This document shows positions 1-9,668 of a DNA stretch of 64,000 bases, one piece after another. Made by a program: the position numbers and the translations under genes. The DNA comes from Accumulibacter sp. GTDB taxonomy: Bacteria; Pseudomonadota; Gammaproteobacteria; Burkholderiales; Rhodocyclaceae. The stretch is from assembly GCF_023806635.1 (NCBI RefSeq), contig NZ_JAMTDQ010000089.1, forward strand, positions 395 to 64,394. The letters run 5' to 3'. Under the pieces are notes generated by a model. That model worked only from the letters and a program-made list of their open reading frames with translations. It was not told where the DNA came from and ran no database searches. Numbering within the stretch: the first letter of the stretch is position 1; each line of letters begins with the position of its first letter.

Positions 1-177
1 GGGCAGGCGGCGGATCGCCTGCAGATGGCCGCAGCCGTTCGCAGCACGCCAGCGGAAGGCATGCGCCGCGCCCCAGTCGGGTGCCGCTGGCGGCGGCGGC
101 AGCAACGGCTCGAGGCGGTCGAGCAGGCGTTCGGCGCGGGCGAGAAAGGAGGCCAGTTGCGCCAGGGAGTCACTCAT
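1..177 (-). CDS. N-terminal fragment of a DUF815-type AAA+ ATP-binding protein (gene continues off the left edge)
   Basis: Reverse-strand ATG at 177 (cat at 175-177) opens a frame that runs to position 1: MSDSLAQLASFLARAERLLDRLEPLLPPPPAAPDWGAAHAFRWRAANGCGHLQAIRRLP. It resembles N-termini of DUF815 ATPases by memory. It is under 60 aa, so it is absent from the ORF track. Confidence 0.4.
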   Translation of the reverse strand, partial: MSDSLAQLASFLARAERLLDRLEPLLPPPPAAPDWGAAHAFRWRAANGCGHLQAIRRLP

Positions 178-223
178 TGGACGATATACTGCGCGGGTTT
201 CAGGAACCCGACACTCTAGCCAA

Positions 224-1471
224 ATGATCCGCAAAAGCCAACCACGCCGCCTGCTCGTCGCCGCCCTGGCCATTCTGCTCGCCGCCTGCGGCAGCACCGG
301 CAGGCCGCCGCCCACCACCGGCGCCGCCGGCGCTGCGGTCTGCCCGCCCTGTCCGGACTGCCCGGCGGCAGCCCCGGCGGTGCCGGCAGCCGCCGCCAGG
401 GGCGACGCGAAGCCGCTGCAGGCGGCGCGCTGGAGCGAGCTGCCGGGCTGGCGCGACGACGATCTGGCGGCCGCCTGGCAGCCCTTCCTGCAATCGTGTC
501 GCGGTCTCGCCAGCCGCCCGCAGTGGCCGCAATGGAAGGGCGTCTGTGACGAGGCGAAGGGGATGGTCGCACCGACGGCAGCCGCCGCCAGGGCCTTCTT
601 CGAGGCGCGGCTGCAACCCTGGCAGCTGACCAATGCCGATGGCTCGAGCAGCGGCCTGGTGACCGGCTATTACGAGCCGCTGCTGCGCGGTTCGCGCACG
701 CGCGGCCAGCCGTACCTGCAGCCGGTGCTCGGCGTTCCCCCCGACCTGCTGACGATCGACCTCGGCAGCATCCTGCCCGAGCTGAAGAACATGCGCCTGC
801 GCGGTCGCCTGCAGGGCAACCGGGTCGTGCCGTACCTCTCGCGCGCCGAGATCGGCAAGCGCGCGAACGAGGGCGGCGACCGGGTCCTGCTCTACGTCGA
901 CGACCCGGTCGAACTCTTCTTCCTGCAGGTGCAGGGTTCCGGGCGCGTGCAGTTGCCGGATGGCAGCAAGCTGCGCCTCGCGTATGCCGACCAGAACGGC
1001 CATCCCTATCAGTCGATCGGTCGCGTGCTCGTCGACCGGGGCGAGATGAGCCTCGAACAGGCGTCGATGCAGTCGATCAAGCAGTGGGCGCGCGCCAACC
1101 CCGGCCGCGTGACCGAGCTGCTGAACGCCAATCCGAGTTACGTCTTCTTCCGCGAGGAAGCGATCCGCGGCAGGGAGGGCGACGGCCCGAACGGCGCCCT
1201 CGGCGTGCCGCTGACCCCGGAGCGCAGCATCGCCGTCGATCCTCGCCACGTCAGCCTCGGCGCACCGGTGTTCCTGGCGACGACCCAGCCCGATTCGGCG
1301 CAGCCCTGGCGACGGCTGGTGATGGCACAGGACACCGGCGGCGCCATCCGCGGCGTCGTCCGCGCCGACCTCTTCTGGGGCTTCGGCGCCGCCGCCGGCA
1401 GCCAGGCCGGGCGGATGAAGCAGCAGGGGCAGATGTGGGTCCTGCTGCCGGCCGGGACTGCACCACCGTAG
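224..1471 (+). CDS. mltA: Membrane-bound lytic murein transglycosylase A (lipoprotein)
   Basis: 415-aa ORF with lipobox LLAACGS. MltA-type core (GLVTGYYEPLLRGS, QNGHPYQSIGRVLVDRGE, AVDPRHVSLGAPVFL) and 3D-domain tail GGAIRGVVRADLFWGFG. Confidence 0.85.
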   Translation: MIRKSQPRRLLVAALAILLAACGSTGRPPPTTGAAGAAVCPPCPDCPAAAPAVPAAAARGDAKPLQAARWSELPGWRDDDLAAAWQPFLQSCRGLASRPQWPQWKGVCDEAKGMVAPTAAAARAFFEARLQPWQLTNADGSSSGLVTGYYEPLLRGSRTRGQPYLQPVLGVPPDLLTIDLGSILPELKNMRLRGRLQGNRVVPYLSRAEIGKRANEGGDRVLLYVDDPVELFFLQVQGSGRVQLPDGSKLRLAYADQNGHPYQSIGRVLVDRGEMSLEQASMQSIKQWARANPGRVTELLNANPSYVFFREEAIRGREGDGPNGALGVPLTPERSIAVDPRHVSLGAPVFLATTQPDSAQPWRRLVMAQDTGGAIRGVVRADLFWGFGAAAGSQAGRMKQQGQMWVLLPAGTAPP

Positions 1472-1599
1472 GTCGCGCCTGGGCCCTTCGAGTGCCCAGT
1501 CGCCCCGTTCCGGTGCGCCGATTGCCGCCGATGCATCATCGTTGTGCGCGGAACGGGCGCATGCCGTCGATGATGGTCGATTCCGGGGCATGACAACCC

Positions 1600-1615
1600 T
1601 GGAACGGGATTTGCT
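1600..1615 (+). promoter_or_regulatory. sigma54 (-24/-12) promoter for the downstream amt gene
   Basis: TGGAACGGGATTTGCT. GG (1601-1602) and GC (1613-1614) are separated by the canonical 10 nt of TGGCAC-N5-TTGC. It lies 33 nt before the ATG at 1648. A 17-bp NtrC-like dyad TGCGCGGAACGGGCGCA sits at 1545-1561. Confidence 0.5.
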
Positions 1616-1647
1616 TGTTGGCTCCATCACGAAATCCTGGAGGAGCC

Positions 1648-2850
1648 ATGGAAGCATTCAAGTCTGGTAGCGACGTCCTCTTCATCCTGCTCGGCGGCAT
1701 CATGGTGCTGGCGATGCATTCCGGCTTTGCCTTTCTCGAGCTGGGGACGGTGCGCAAGAAGAGTCAGGTCAACGCGCTGGTGAAGATCCTGACCGATTTC
1801 TCGGTGTCGACCATCGCCTATTTCTTCGTCGGCTACAGCATCGCCTACGGCGTCAACTTCTTCGCCGGCGCCGACACGCTGCTCGAGAAGAACGGTTTCG
1901 AGCTGACCAAGTTCTTCTTCCTGCTCACCTTCGCAGCGGCGATCCCGGCGATCATCTCGGGCGGCATCGCCGAACGCGCCCGCTTCTATCCGCAACTGGC
2001 AGCGACCTTCCTGATCGTCGCCCTGGTCTATCCCACCTTCGAGGGCATCGCCTGGAACCAGGCCTTCGGCATCCAGGCGTGGCTCAAGGCGAGCTACGGC
2101 GAGGAGTTCCACGATTTCGCCGGCTCCGTCGTCGTGCACGCGATGGGTGGCTGGCTCGCCCTGCCGGCGGTTCTCCTGCTCGGTGCGCGGCACGGTCGCT
2201 ATACGAAGGAGGGCCGGGTGTCGGCGCATCCGCCGTCGTCGATCCCCTTCCTGGCTCTCGGCGCGTGGATCCTGACCGTCGGCTGGTTTGGCTTCAACGT
2301 CATGAGTGCGCAGACGATCGACAAGATCTCCGGGCTGGTGGCGATAAACTCGCTGATGGCGATGGTCGGCGGGACGCTGGTGGCGATGGTCGCCGGCCGG
2401 AACGACCCGGGCTTCGTGCATAACGGTCCGCTCGCCGGTCTGGTCGCCGTCTGCGCCGGCTCCGACCTGATGCACCCGATGGGCGCCCTGGTCGTCGGCG
2501 GTGTCGCCGGCGGCCTGTTCGTCCTGATGTTCACGCTGACGCAGAACCGCTGGCGGATCGACGACGTTCTCGGCGTCTGGCCGCTGCACGGCCTGTGCGG
2601 CGCCTGGGGCGGTCTCGCCGCCGGCATCTTCGGCAGCAAGGCGCTCGGTGGCGTCGGCGGTGTCGCCTTCATGCCGCAGCTCCTGATGACCCTGCTCGCG
2701 ATCGGCATCGCGCTGGTCGGTGGCACCGTGGTTTACGGTGTGCTGAAGAGCCTCGTCGGGCTGCGCCTCGATCAGGAGCAGGAGTACAACGGCGCCGACC
2801 TGTCGATTCACCGCATTACGGCAACGCCGGAACGCGAGACGAACTGGTAG
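1648..2850 (+). CDS. amt: Ammonium transporter (Amt family)
   Basis: ATG at 1648 preceded by GGAGGA. The sequence MEAFKSGSDVLFILLGGIMVLAMHSGFAFLELGTVRKKSQVN..., FDFAGSVVVHAMGGW and VWPLHGLCGAWGG are typical Amt/Mep signatures, with multiple TM segments. Confidence 0.9.
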   Translation: MEAFKSGSDVLFILLGGIMVLAMHSGFAFLELGTVRKKSQVNALVKILTDFSVSTIAYFFVGYSIAYGVNFFAGADTLLEKNGFELTKFFFLLTFAAAIPAIISGGIAERARFYPQLAATFLIVALVYPTFEGIAWNQAFGIQAWLKASYGEEFHDFAGSVVVHAMGGWLALPAVLLLGARHGRYTKEGRVSAHPPSSIPFLALGAWILTVGWFGFNVMSAQTIDKISGLVAINSLMAMVGGTLVAMVAGRNDPGFVHNGPLAGLVAVCAGSDLMHPMGALVVGGVAGGLFVLMFTLTQNRWRIDDVLGVWPLHGLCGAWGGLAAGIFGSKALGGVGGVAFMPQLLMTLLAIGIALVGGTVVYGVLKSLVGLRLDQEQEYNGADLSIHRITATPERETNW

Positions 2851-3011
2851 GCGCTCGGAGGGGGCGGCGGCCTGCACACCAGCCGGCCCGTCGCCAAAGG
2901 CCGCTCGAACACCGTCACCGGCCATGCTGCCGTCCGATCGAGCGGCGCAGCGACTCTTTCTGCCGGAGCAGAAGCAGGCCGATGCCCTTTCCCCGGGGAA
3001 GGAGACGCCAG

Positions 3012-3640
3012 ATGGAGTCCACCCGCGAACCCGATCGGGAACCGGGCGACCGCGTTGCGGGCTGCCTGTTCGATCTGTTCATCCGTGTCGGCCTCGTGCT
3101 AGGCCTGGCGTGGCTGTGTGCTTCCATTTCCTCTTGCCGTTCCTGGCGATGATGCTGTGGGCGCTGATCGTGGCGGTCACGTTCACCTTCCGTAGTGTTC
3201 GTCACGCCATCGACACGCCTCGCCGACCGTGGACAGGCAGCGGACTGATCGGCGCAATGGTGGCGCTGCTGGCCGTGATGGTGATCATCATGCTCGGCAA
3301 TTTCCCGCAGATCGTGCTTTGGGCTGCGTTGTTCGTCGTTCTGGTCATGTTCCAACTGTTCTACGAGGAGGTCTACCATTCCGGCGTCAACTTCACTTCG
3401 CTGGGCCATGGCGACGTTGCGATGAGTTCCGAACGGAAACTCCTCGGTTCGCTCAAGGCACTGAACGGCATCCTGACGCTGGGTCTGAGCAGTGCGCCCC
3501 TGGTCGCGATCCTGCAGCATCTCCCCGGGCGGCATGTCGATGGTCGCAACCCGGCCGCCTGGGAAGGCGGTCAGGCCGTCGGCAACGACCGGGAATGCCG
3601 GCCTGGCGTTCTTCCAGATACTAGAGGAAAGGCCGGATGA
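3012..3640 (+). CDS. Ion-channel-like membrane protein (Ion_trans_2-type pore), apparently frameshifted / possible pseudogene
   Basis: A strong SD (AAGGAGA) plus ATG at 3012 opens a 47-codon frame that stops at 3150-3152. The -1 frame (ORF 2924..3640) is open from before this point. It carries TM helices and a pore-like motif VNFTSLGHGDV followed by LLGSLKALNGILTLGLSSAPLVAIL. The frames could be joined at the TG repeat CTGTGTGC (3114-3121). Lower GC than the surroundings. Confidence 0.4.
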
Positions 3641-4214
3641 TCATGGCCGCGACGTAGCCAAGAGCGCCAGAGCCCAGGAGAACGATCAGCGTCATCTTCA
3701 GCAACATGGCTGCACCTTCATGAGGCGGGCCCAGCGGCCTGAGCAACAGGTGCCGCCCTGCGGCGTACACCACACCAACCATGACCCCGGTGCCGAGCAA
3801 GTGCTGAGGCGGGGCGCCAGAAACAATCAGCACGAAGGACAGGGCAAAGGCAGCGATGATTGCGAGCCTGTTCCAGTATCGCGCATGCGAAGCCGCTCGT
3901 GTCTTGACGTTCAGCTGCCAGGAACTGCCCAGCAGCGTGCGCTGGTACCGCCTGGTTGAGCCTGCCTCCCAGAGAACATCCCGCCAGTCCTCGTTCGCCA
4001 TGCGGACGACCTGACGCAGTTTCTCGATATTTCCCGCGGAAAGTTCAAGGACGGCGAATCTCAGATCCTCCAGTGCATATTCGTCTGAGCTTTGGCAGTT
4101 GGGAAGATTGTCCGCACACTCCTCGGTGAGTAGACGAACAACCTCGTCCACTTCGTGCGGAGGATAGAGTTTCTCGACGGCTTTCGCGATGTTCGGAGTC
4201 AGCGGCAGTGCCAC
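3621..4214 (-). CDS. Hypothetical protein: about 90-aa soluble N-domain plus about 3 C-terminal TM helices
   Basis: 197-aa ORF with GTG start at 4214, 9 nt after the zapD stop (TAG 4226-4224). Hydrophobic C-terminal segments (LAIIAAFALSFVLIVSG, GVMVGVVYAAG, LIVLLGSGALGYVAAMII). No family recognised. Lower-GC patch. Confidence 0.5.
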   Translation of the reverse strand: MALPLTPNIAKAVEKLYPPHEVDEVVRLLTEECADNLPNCQSSDEYALEDLRFAVLELSAGNIEKLRQVVRMANEDWRDVLWEAGSTRRYQRTLLGSSWQLNVKTRAASHARYWNRLAIIAAFALSFVLIVSGAPPQHLLGTGVMVGVVYAAGRHLLLRPLGPPHEGAAMLLKMTLIVLLGSGALGYVAAMIIRPFL

Positions 4215-4223
4215 GCCGGCTGC

Positions 4224-4991
4224 CTACAGATTGCAGAACAGCATGTCGAACTCGACGTCGGTGTCGCAGTGACGCGGCCGATGGTCGCTGTCGGGACGGG
4301 TGAAGCGGATGTTCAGCGCGTACTTGTTGGCGCTGATCTCGGGAATGTAGGGGTCGTGCAGCTTGAGCGAGATGCGGACCATCTGCGACGTGCTCTGGAC
4401 GTTGCTGCCGCCGAGCATCAGCTGGAACGCCCCGCCGCTGGCGACATGGTGCTCCGAGCGGCCACTGGCGCGCAACAGGCGGAGGACGATCGTCAGCGCG
4501 TCACGCAGTGGCAGCAGCGGCTGCATCCAGCCGAGCAGCGCCTCGCGGCGGACGTCGGGCGGCTGGTGCCGCCAGTAGTGGTAAGAGGGGAGGTCGAACT
4601 CGCAGACCCCTCCGGGGATGCTGGCACGACTCTTGATGCTCATCAGCCAGTCGTTGTCGCGCAGATGCTGGCCGATCTTGCCCGCCATTCCGAGCAGCGC
4701 CGCCGAGGCGTTCTCGATCTCGTAAAGCGCGCCGGAGAGCGCATCCTCGGAAATGTCCGGATTGTTGCGAAACGCCAACAGGCTCTGACGCTGACGCTCG
4801 AGTTCCTGGATCAGATCCATCTTCAGGTCGGCGCGGCCGGAGACGTCGAGGATCTCGAACAGCGTCAGGAGCACGACATGATGCTCCTGTGAACCGTCCC
4901 GCTGCATGAAGCTGCTCAGCTTGTGGAACAAGTCCTCCAGCCGCAGCAGCGTGCGTATGCGCTCATTGAACGGATATTCGTAGGTGATCAC
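4224..4991 (-). CDS. zapD: Cell division protein ZapD (FtsZ-binding, YacF family)
   Basis: 255 aa, MITYEYPFNERIRTLLRLEDLF...ELERQRQSL...IPGGVCEFDLPSYHYW. Conserved coaE-zapD synteny. Confidence 0.85.
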   Translation of the reverse strand: MITYEYPFNERIRTLLRLEDLFHKLSSFMQRDGSQEHHVVLLTLFEILDVSGRADLKMDLIQELERQRQSLLAFRNNPDISEDALSGALYEIENASAALLGMAGKIGQHLRDNDWLMSIKSRASIPGGVCEFDLPSYHYWRHQPPDVRREALLGWMQPLLPLRDALTIVLRLLRASGRSEHHVASGGAFQLMLGGSNVQSTSQMVRISLKLHDPYIPEISANKYALNIRFTRPDSDHRPRHCDTDVEFDMLFCNL

Positions 4992-5051
4992 ACTGCCGCC
5001 GGCATCGGAATGGACGATTTCCGATGATTCTGAAGCATTTGCAGCAAAACC

Positions 5052-5675
5052 TCAACGGTGGACATGAGCTTTCGCCGCCGCCAGCTCAAGATAGCGTTTG
5101 TGCAGCGCCTCGACGCGCGCTCCGAGCAGCTCCATCGTCCCGTCGTTGAGTACCACATCGTCGGCCACCGCGCGGCGCTCGTCGGACGACGCCTGGCTGG
5201 CGATGATCGCACGAACCTCGCCGGCGCTCAGTCCGCTGCGCGCCATCACGCGCGCCACCTGAAGCTCTTCGCTGCAGTCCACGACCAGGATGCGGTCGCT
5301 TCTCTGCCGATAGCTGCCGGATTCCACGAGCAGTGGCACGACCAGGACGACGTAGGGAGCGGTCGCAGCGGCGGCGCAGCGATCTTCGCTCCGCTGCCGG
5401 ATCAGCGGATGCAGGATGCCTTCGAGCCTGGCCCTGGCGGCAGCGTCGGCGAAAACCAGGCGGCGCATGGCGGCGCGGTCGAGGCTGCCGTCCGCCCGCA
5501 CGACGGTGCTGCCGAAGGCACCGGCAATCGCCGCCATCGCCCCACCATCGGGCCCGGTCAGCTGGTGGGCGATGAGATCGGTATCGACCAGCACCGCGCC
5601 CCGTTCGGCCAGGAGATCGGCGACCGTGCTCTTGCCGCTGCCGATGCCGCCGGTGAGGCCGACGATGAAGCTCAT
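5052..5675 (-). CDS. coaE: Dephospho-CoA kinase
   Basis: [22 protein letters not shown]...[10 protein letters not shown]; P-loop and CoaE N-terminal signature; 207 aa. Confidence 0.9.
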   Translation of the reverse strand: MSFIVGLTGGIGSGKSTVADLLAERGAVLVDTDLIAHQLTGPDGGAMAAIAGAFGSTVVRADGSLDRAAMRRLVFADAAARARLEGILHPLIRQRSEDRCAAAATAPYVVLVVPLLVESGSYRQRSDRILVVDCSEELQVARVMARSGLSAGEVRAIIASQASSDERRAVADDVVLNDGTMELLGARVEALHKRYLELAAAKAHVHR

Positions 5676-6370
5676 GGCGCAGCCGCCGCGGGCGCTGCAC
5701 AGGCCTTGGCGGTGACCTTGGGCAGCCGGGCGGCGATCGACCGCTGCAAGGCTTCGGCCTGCGCTGCCGGGCCGCGGACCTCGAGGATCACGTACGCCGG
5801 TCTTCCCGTGCGTTGGCCCATCTTCGCCGACTTGACGCCCTTCGCGCGCAGGGTATCGAGGCCGGCACTCGCCGCCTCCTCGGTGCGGTAGGTGCCGAGC
5901 GAGATGGCCAGCTGGTTCGGGCCGCTGGCCTGGACGACGAAGAAATCGTCGACGCCGAGCTGCTGCAGCTCCGCCGTCTTCTTGCCGACTTCCTCCTTGC
6001 TGGCGAGAGGTGGAATGTAGACCCAGTAGCCACTGTTCTCATTCACCGTGCGGCGGTTGATCCGGAACTCGGCGAAGCTCTCGCGCAGCAGTTGCTCGAC
6101 CTCGTCGGCCTCGCCGGCCGCTAGCTCGCTCCAGATGCGGCAACTCTCGTTCACCTTCTGCTCGCCGGATGTGCCGCCACTTGCCTTGTTCCTGGCCGAC
6201 GGCGGTGGCTCGCCGCGCGAGACGACGACGATGCGCTCGGGCAGCAGCTGCTGCTCGACACGATGCGCATCGGCTTCGGCCGGCGCGCCCAGGTAGCCTC
6301 GCGCCCAGACGAAAAGCAGCAGGTTGGCGAGGACGAGGGCGAAGACGAGCGGGCGCATCGCGTTCACCAT
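5672..6370 (-). CDS. SPOR domain-containing membrane-anchored protein
   Basis: N-terminal TM ([17 protein letters not shown]) and C-terminal SPOR-like repeat ([32 protein letters not shown]...[22 protein letters not shown]). ATG at 6370 overlaps the upstream stop (TGATG). The stop overlaps the coaE start. Confidence 0.7.
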   Translation of the reverse strand: MVNAMRPLVFALVLANLLLFVWARGYLGAPAEADAHRVEQQLLPERIVVVSRGEPPPSARNKASGGTSGEQKVNESCRIWSELAAGEADEVEQLLRESFAEFRINRRTVNENSGYWVYIPPLASKEEVGKKTAELQQLGVDDFFVVQASGPNQLAISLGTYRTEEAASAGLDTLRAKGVKSAKMGQRTGRPAYVILEVRGPAAQAEALQRSIAARLPKVTAKACAAPAAAAP

Positions 6371-7731
6371 CAAAGCCTGGGCAGGTGCTCCAGTGACGCC
6401 CGGATCGCCTCCTGCGGGTACTCGAAGTCCTCGAGCTGGCCGGCGAAGTAGCGGTCGTAGGCCGCCATGTCGAAATGGCCGTGGCCGGTGAGATTGAAGA
6501 AGATCGTCCGGCTCTCGCCACTCTCCCGGCAGCGCACGGCCTCGTCGATCGCCGCGCGGATGGCATGGTTCGACTCGGGCGCCGGAATGACGCCTTCGGC
6601 GCGCGCGAACATCACGCCCGCCTCGAAGGTTGCCAGTTGCGGTACCGCGACCGCCTCGATCAGTCCGTCGTGATAGAGCTGCGAGACGAGCGGCGAGTCA
6701 CCGTGGTAACGCAGGCCGCCGGCATGGATGCCCGGCGGCATGAAGTCGTGGCCGAGGGTGTACATCTTCATCAGTGGCGTGAAGCCCGAGGCATCGCCGA
6801 AATCGTAGGCATAGGCGCCCTTGGTCAGCGTCGGGCACGATGTCGGTTCGACCGCCACCAGTCGCGTCGGGCGTCCGTTGCGCCCGCCGCCGGCATTGTC
6901 GGCGATGAACGGGAAAGCAACGCCGGCGAACGACGAGCCACCGCCACACGGTGCGAAGATCACGTCGGGCCAGTCGCCAGCCTTTTCGAACTGCTTCTTC
7001 GCTTCCTGGCCGATGATCGTCTGGTGCAGAGCGACGTGGTTGAGCACCGAGCCGAGCGCGTAGCTGGTGTCGGCGCGCGAGGCCGCCTCCTCGACGGCCT
7101 CGGAGATCGCGATGCCGAGCGAGCCCTGGTTCTCCGGGTCGCGGGCGAGCAGGTCGCGGCCGGTCTGCGTCATCGGCGACGGGCTGGCGAAGACCTCGGC
7201 ACCCCAGGTCTGCATCATCGAGCGGCGGAAGGGCTTCTGCTCATAGCTGATGCGGACCATGTACACGCGCACCTCGAGACCGAACATCTGGCCGGCAAAG
7301 GCCATCGAACAGCCCCACTGTCCGGCACCGGTCTCGGTGGTGATGCGCCGGATTCCCGCCTGCTGGTTGTAGTAGGCCTGCGGTACGGCGGTGTTGGGCT
7401 TGTGCGATCCGGCGGGGGAGACGCCTTCATACTTGTAGAAGATCCGCGCCGGCGTCTGCAGCACCTCCTCGAGCCGGCGGGCACGAATCAATGGCGACGG
7501 CCGCCAGAGGCGATAGATCTGCCGCACCGGCTCGGGGATCGGAATCCAGCGTTCGGCCGACATTTCCTGCTCGAGGATCGCCATCGGAAAGATCATCCCC
7601 ATCTGCTCCGGCGACACCGGGTTGCCATCCGCGGCCAGCGGCGGTGCTGGCGGCGTCGGCATGTCGGCGACGACGTTGTACCAGTGGGTGGGGATTTCGG
7701 ATTGATCGAGCGTGATGCGAAGCGGTTCCAC
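6370..7731 (-). CDS. TrpB-like PLP-dependent enzyme (tryptophan synthase beta paralogue, TrpB2 type)
   Basis: GTG at 7731 preceded by GGGAGG. The sequence [25 protein letters not shown]..., [24 protein letters not shown] (PLP lysine motif) and GGGSSFAG are typical of the TrpB2 family. Confidence 0.8.
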   Translation of the reverse strand: MEPLRITLDQSEIPTHWYNVVADMPTPPAPPLAADGNPVSPEQMGMIFPMAILEQEMSAERWIPIPEPVRQIYRLWRPSPLIRARRLEEVLQTPARIFYKYEGVSPAGSHKPNTAVPQAYYNQQAGIRRITTETGAGQWGCSMAFAGQMFGLEVRVYMVRISYEQKPFRRSMMQTWGAEVFASPSPMTQTGRDLLARDPENQGSLGIAISEAVEEAASRADTSYALGSVLNHVALHQTIIGQEAKKQFEKAGDWPDVIFAPCGGGSSFAGVAFPFIADNAGGGRNGRPTRLVAVEPTSCPTLTKGAYAYDFGDASGFTPLMKMYTLGHDFMPPGIHAGGLRYHGDSPLVSQLYHDGLIEAVAVPQLATFEAGVMFARAEGVIPAPESNHAIRAAIDEAVRCRESGESRTIFFNLTGHGHFDMAAYDRYFAGQLEDFEYPQEAIRASLEHLPRL

Positions 7732-7795
7732 AAGGCCTCCCTGTTCTGTGTTCTGTTTCGTTGCCGGTTCCCGAGTATACCCCGGGAAGCATCCG

Positions 7796-8206
7796 CTAAT
7801 CACTTCTGCCGGCGGGGTCGCTGGTCGTCCCGTCGGTCGGGATGCCGCGCTCGAGTTCGCGCTGCACGCAGCGACTCGGCGCGAAGGCGGCAATCAGCTG
7901 CCGACAGGCCTGGCGGGCTGCGCGGCTGTTGTCCTGGCTGAAGTTGCAGACATACAGGTCGAGCGTCACGGCCGCCGACTCCGGCCAGGTGTGCACCGCC
8001 AGATGCGACTCGGCGAGGACGACCGCGCCGGTGGCGCCGGCCGGGCTGCCGCTGTCGCCGAACTGATGGAAGACCTCGGCGAGTGGCGTCAGGCCCGGCA
8101 GCGAACAGACGGCGCGGCACAGTTCGCGCAGCGCGCCGGCGTCATCGAGCAGTCGCCGCTCGCAGCGGCATCCGTAGAGTTCGGCAGTCAGGTGCAGGCC
8201 ATTCAT
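7796..8206 (-). CDS. S-adenosylmethionine decarboxylase proenzyme-like protein (small, pyruvoyl type)
   Basis: [13 protein letters not shown]...[29 protein letters not shown]. The ES|H self-cleavage/pyruvoyl motif and HTWPE signature match class 1 AdoMetDC. Confidence 0.7.
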   Translation of the reverse strand: MNGLHLTAELYGCRCERRLLDDAGALRELCRAVCSLPGLTPLAEVFHQFGDSGSPAGATGAVVLAESHLAVHTWPESAAVTLDLYVCNFSQDNSRAARQACRQLIAAFAPSRCVQRELERGIPTDGTTSDPAGRSD

Positions 8207-8312
8207 CTTCAGTCCCGGAGCGCGCGGCGGGCGCCGTGCCGACCGGCGCCGGAACCGCGCCGGTGCTGGCGCCAGCGGCCCGCCCGCCACGCCTCCCGCC
8301 GGCCGCTCGCGC

Positions 8313-8801
8313 TCAGCCCTTCGGCACGTAGTTGCTGCTGGTTCCGGTGACGCGGCCGTCGCTGTCGAAATGGACGTTGAAATACCATTCCATGCCGGCG
8401 TCCACCTTCGTCTTCCAGTCCCAGATCGTCTCCCGTTTGAGCGGAAAATAGGTTTCGTGAGCCGGACGACCGAGCAGACGCCGTACCTGGTCCTGCGTCA
8501 TGCCGGCAGCGACCCGGGCGAAGTTCTCCTCGGTCAGCACTTGCTGCACCTCGCGCAGCACGCCGTCCGGGCCGATGAGCACGAGATAGTTGACGATTCC
8601 CTGTGGCGTGCGCGGATACTCCCAGACGCGCGAACCATCGGCCTCCCGCCATTCCAGCGTCGGCTGGCCCATCACGTCCTTCACCTCGCTGGCAGTCGTC
8701 GCCCCGGGCCTGAGCCGGCTCAGCCTGTCCGCGTCGCAGGCGGCAAGGGTGGCGAGCAGCAGGGTGCCGCCAAAAATGGCGGCCGAGGCGATCCTGAACA
8801 T
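8313..8801 (-). CDS. Lipoprotein with two BamE/SmpA_OmlA-like repeats
   Basis: ATG at 8801. Signal plus lipobox (LLLATLAAC). Two copies of the motif GxTxxxVxxxxGxP (GATTASEVKDVMGQP, GMTQDQVRRLLGRP). Confidence 0.6.
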   Translation of the reverse strand: MFRIASAAIFGGTLLLATLAACDADRLSRLRPGATTASEVKDVMGQPTLEWREADGSRVWEYPRTPQGIVNYLVLIGPDGVLREVQQVLTEENFARVAAGMTQDQVRRLLGRPAHETYFPLKRETIWDWKTKVDAGMEWYFNVHFDSDGRVTGTSSNYVPKG

Positions 8802-9101
8802 GCCGGGTGCTCCAGGTCTGGTTGTCACGCGCGTTGGCGTCTGCTGCGCAGTATAGACGATGCGGCGTCGGTGACGTGGCTGGCGGCTGGCACGCTGCGC
8901 TGCGGCCGACGCGGGCACCCCGTCGGCGCAGCGTCGGTGGCGACGGCTCGGGGTAGCGTTCGTCGCCGGTGCGAAACCCCTGCGGCAGCCTGCGAGTGGG
9001 CGTGGCGGACGGGGCCACAGATCGCCCTGGCAGTGGATCGATCCTGACTATACTGAGACTGACGGCCCGTCCCGTGCCGCCAGCTTTCCGGAAAGGAGAA
9101 G

Positions 9102-9629
9102 ATGATGTCGAGAGCAGCATTCCGTTCATCGGCGCGGCGCTGTGTGCCGCCGGTGCTTGCGGCGCTGGTTGCCGCTGCATGTTACGTGGTGCCGGTGGTG
9201 GGACCCGATGGTGGCGTGTACTACCACCATTACCCGTTGCCGCCGCCCGGAACGCCGTTGCCGGCGGGTGCGCCACCGCTCCCCGGGCAGGCGGCGACGC
9301 GACCGCAGGCGATGGCGCCTGCGGCGCAGGCGACATTGCCGGTCCGGCTCTATCCGGCCAACGAAAGGGCGACGCGCAGCGGCGTCATCAGCGGGTCGGT
9401 GACCAACATGATGACCGGGAAGGGCCGTTTCCTGGTCGAGTACGAGGGCCAGGTCCTGAGCGGAGAAGCGACCCGCGTCGTCGAGGATGAAAAGCGCGGC
9501 GTCGCCAGTGCCTACAGCCCGGGCGGCATGTTCATGTCGTGCGAATACCAGCTGACGACGCCGTATCAGGGAGCGGGGACCTGTACGTTTTCCAACGGCG
9601 CGAAGTATCAGATGCACATCGGCGGTTGA
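9102..9629 (+). CDS. Hypothetical lipoprotein (Pro-rich linker plus C-terminal beta-rich domain)
   Basis: AAGGAG SD before the ATG at 9102. Signal/lipobox LVAAAC. Pro-rich stretch HHYPLPPPGTPLPAGAPPLPG. No family recognised. Confidence 0.55.
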   Translation: MMSRAAFRSSARRCVPPVLAALVAAACYVVPVVGPDGGVYYHHYPLPPPGTPLPAGAPPLPGQAATRPQAMAPAAQATLPVRLYPANERATRSGVISGSVTNMMTGKGRFLVEYEGQVLSGEATRVVEDEKRGVASAYSPGGMFMSCEYQLTTPYQGAGTCTFSNGAKYQMHIGG

Positions 9630-9668
9630 GCACGGACATCGTGATTGACGGGTAGCGATCCCCGCCCG

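Noticed and set aside
3012-3200. Resemblance of the N-terminal TM region (..GLVLGLAWLC / FHFLLPFLAMMLWALIVAVTF..) to AI-2E (PerM/UPF0118) transporter N-termini.
   Set aside because: The similarity is by memory only, and the total length (about 210 aa) is far too short for that family. The downstream TxGxGD pore-like motif fits an Ion_trans_2-type channel better, so I did not call it AI-2E.
8880-8900. sigma54-like string TGGCACGCTGCGCTGC in the 8802-9101 intergenic region.
   Set aside because: The GC element is one nucleotide out of register with the -24/-12 consensus spacing, and there is no nitrogen-related gene context.
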